Source: Enoplolaimus lenunculus
Lineage: Eukaryota
Direction: 5' to 3'
NCBI GenBank assembly: GCA_030248215.1
Contig: JASANG010000266.1
Location: forward strand, 310,001-374,000
DNA length: 64,000 bases
Below are positions 61,397 to 64,000 of this stretch, piece by piece (positions within the stretch are counted from its first letter, which is position 1; each line of letters opens with the position of its first letter). The position numbers were made by a program, and so were the translations under genes. The notes below the pieces were generated by a model. It was not told the DNA's origin and searched no databases. It saw only the letters and a list, made by a program, of their open reading frames with translations.

Positions 61397-61779
61397 CAGG
61401 GTGCAACCGAAATTACAATTTACCGGAACCGGAATTTGAAAAAATTACCGAAACGGAACCGGAAAATGAAAAATACATGCCACCGAAAAATTATTCTTAA
61501 TTTTCTTTTTTGCTTTATGTTATTGGTAAAATAACCCTGGTTGGAAACAGGTATTCACTTTATCTGTTGTATTTTAGATTTTCTTAATCCACGGTAGCTA
61601 AATCTACCCTTCGATGGTTTATTTTCGGCGATTGTCAAGGTTTGCATACTATACTAATGAAACCTGCTTATTTTTATCGTTATTGTTTAGTAAAATAACT
61701 TAATTTCCAGCGACCAAATTTTAATACCGGAAAGGTGAAAAAATGCTGCAACCGGAACCGGAATTCCGGTTGCACCCTG
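61397..61779. mobile_element. hAT-type MITE, same family as 43122-43500
   Basis: Same TIRs; TSD CTTGCAGC/CTTACAGC (7/8). Confidence 0.88.
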
Positions 61780-64000
61780 CTTACAGCATAATTCCGCAGT
61801 GTAAAACATTACAAAATCTAAAATTTGTGCAGTGCAAACCACCGATAACCAATACCTGCCTGGAATATAAGATTTTGTTCGTTTAGGCCGCATCGCACGC
61901 CAGTGTTTAATTCGTTCTTTGCCTTAAGCACAGCTACGTCCACTAGCTAAGTACACACACCATTAAAAAACAATATGTGAGCTCCAAAAACTACAAAAAT
62001 CATTTATTGTTCATAGTATACCGTATTTTCAGTGGCAGATCCATGGGGGCCCACCCCGGCTATGGACCTCACCAACAAAATCTCAACAAATTTTTTGGGG
62101 AACAGGTTAACAGATGTGTACGCAGACAAATTGTGAGATGCGCTATACACAGACCATGAAATAACCACCAAGTTCCTAAAACGTTTACAAATTTTCTCAC
62201 CTGCTACGCTCGACGGCCCATAATTTTACTTTTTTGAATAATATAACTCACCCGAAATGAAATACTCAAAAACGGTAATAAAAACTGTTTTGGAGCTAAG
62301 GTGCGCAGTGTGATGTCCTCCCTGGTTAAAGCGTACAAAGATTGCGAGCTTTTATCTAAAACATGAGCTGTTCAGATACTTAAAACAGAAAATGCCATAA
62401 AAAACTCGCTCTACGCGCGATGTGTGATTCATTTCGCAAGGGTCCGCCTTCTTAATTCAATATATTGTAACTTTTGTTTGAAACTGCTTCTTGGAAGAGT
62501 GTATTCACACCTGTCAAACACATGCGTGAGCTCGAACAACCTCAGATTAAAAACCGAATAGGGATATGCCGTTTCATTTGTGATTAATCTCAGATGAAAG
62601 GTCGTACTCTTTCATAGTCAATTTTATTGTAATAAATCGTTGTTTTCGTGTGAATTCGTGTACACGGCCTGCAATGTGGTAAACAAATAGTTCGCTATCA
62701 CACTGCAAAAAATATTTGACCCAGTTTGTGTAGTCAGGAAAAGCCTATTTCGGAGAGTCAATTTGACTCACCATTTTTAAAGTGCAGTGACATTCACAGA
62801 TGGATCCATAAATGTTATAAAAACGCATATATCATTAAAAAAATTTCTGAGGGGGAACATTGTATTGTAAAGGTACCATCGGAATATTTAGTAAATTCTT
62901 GACGATTTTTGTGAGTAGATTAGTTTTTCGGTTTATAATGTTTCTAAAAGTTAGAGCTGTTTGATTTTGGTCTTATTTACAACATTTATTTGTTACATCT
63001 TGTTGGACACTGTCATATAGCTCGGTAAAGAGGTGGTCCTTGTGTATGAAAAGTAGTTTAGTGTTCGAATGCTTCGTTGTTTGAGTTTGAAATAAACTAC
63101 AGTTTAATAGCGCTATACTTTTGATGACGTTTGAGCCGTCCGTTACCGTACGGTACTCGCAAAGCACATTAATTTCTACATGGCATCGCATGACAATTCA
63201 TAAACAAAATATTTTAACTTGTTGTGCGGTACGGCGTCGGTAATCGCTCCCCGACAAGTTTAGCGCCATATTTATTTATTACAAAATTAAAATATTTTTA
63301 TCGCTATTACAAATTTTATGTCCTATAAGTAACTGTTAAGCAGCCAAATCGGCATTAAATATTATGTTCCAATATAATTAAGGATAGAACAGATTCTGAA
63401 GATTTGGGCTAAAATTACTTTTAGCAGTGTAACGACTAAAATATATTCCTATACGTTTCAGCGTATTAATAAGCAAAAGTCTAAAACAAAGCTTAAGCCT
63501 GAACCCAAGCAAAAAAATTAGCCCAGATTTTAGCCTACAGTTCCGGTCTACTGAGAAAGCCGGCACTAGCGGATCCAGATGGGATCGCGCGGGAGTACGC
63601 CCCTCGTCAGAAATTTTTTGTGATAAAATGGTAAAGTCTGTGCCTTATAATTGCACTTCAGAAAATTTTGTGTAAAAAATAATATGATCCTTTCTTTTCC
63701 TTCTCAGCAAGTTTTTGTGTAAATGAATGACAAGCTCCCTACCTTGCAATTTTTTCCACTCTCAGAAAAGTCTTCGCTAAAAAATTGCGTTTCAAAGCAT
63801 TCAGCAGCCCGGCCCCCGCCAGAAATTCCTATATCCGCCGCTGAAAGCGATACAACTGAAAGTATTATTACACGGGCTGACGTTTGTGTAAGGTCACGGA
63901 TATATATACATATTTCATTCGGATACATATTCGGATATTTTTCATATCCGGATATCCGGATATCCGTATATCCGGTGCCCATCTGTACTTATCATTCTAT

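Noticed and set aside
1..64000. CRISPR arrays, rRNA genes or prokaryotic operons
   Set aside because: Spliceosomal gene structure throughout; the repeats lack unique spacers; no rRNA motifs seen

Overview
AT-rich, intron-rich animal (probably invertebrate) genomic DNA; I cannot identify the species. Two convergent multi-exon genes were assembled by hand with consistent intron phases. (1) PPM1G/PP2C-gamma on + (14 coding exons, 19812-34224, ~809 aa). (2) An AUTS2/FBRSL1/Tay-family gene on - (20 coding exons, 57776-40177, ~2380 aa, Q/H-rich). The second gene has a duplicated exon pair, a GATA-like C4 motif split over two micro-exons, and a GC-AG first intron. Introns and intergenic DNA carry hAT, Tc1/mariner-type and CACTG-ended MITEs, DINE-1/Helentron-like elements with central tandem repeats, and a decayed Penelope element. 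The most notable signal is a set of miniature LTR retroelements (TRIM-like) whose LTRs contain tRNA-like Pol III promoters. One is a multi-LTR element at 3464-4186 (TG..CA ends, tRNA-Pro-type PBS, PPT, perfect 5-bp TSD); solo LTRs lie at 19090-19297 and 61129-61225. A small Cys/Trp-rich ORF, possibly secreted, lies at 10170-10517. All coordinates were read by eye, so repeat edges may be off by a few bases.
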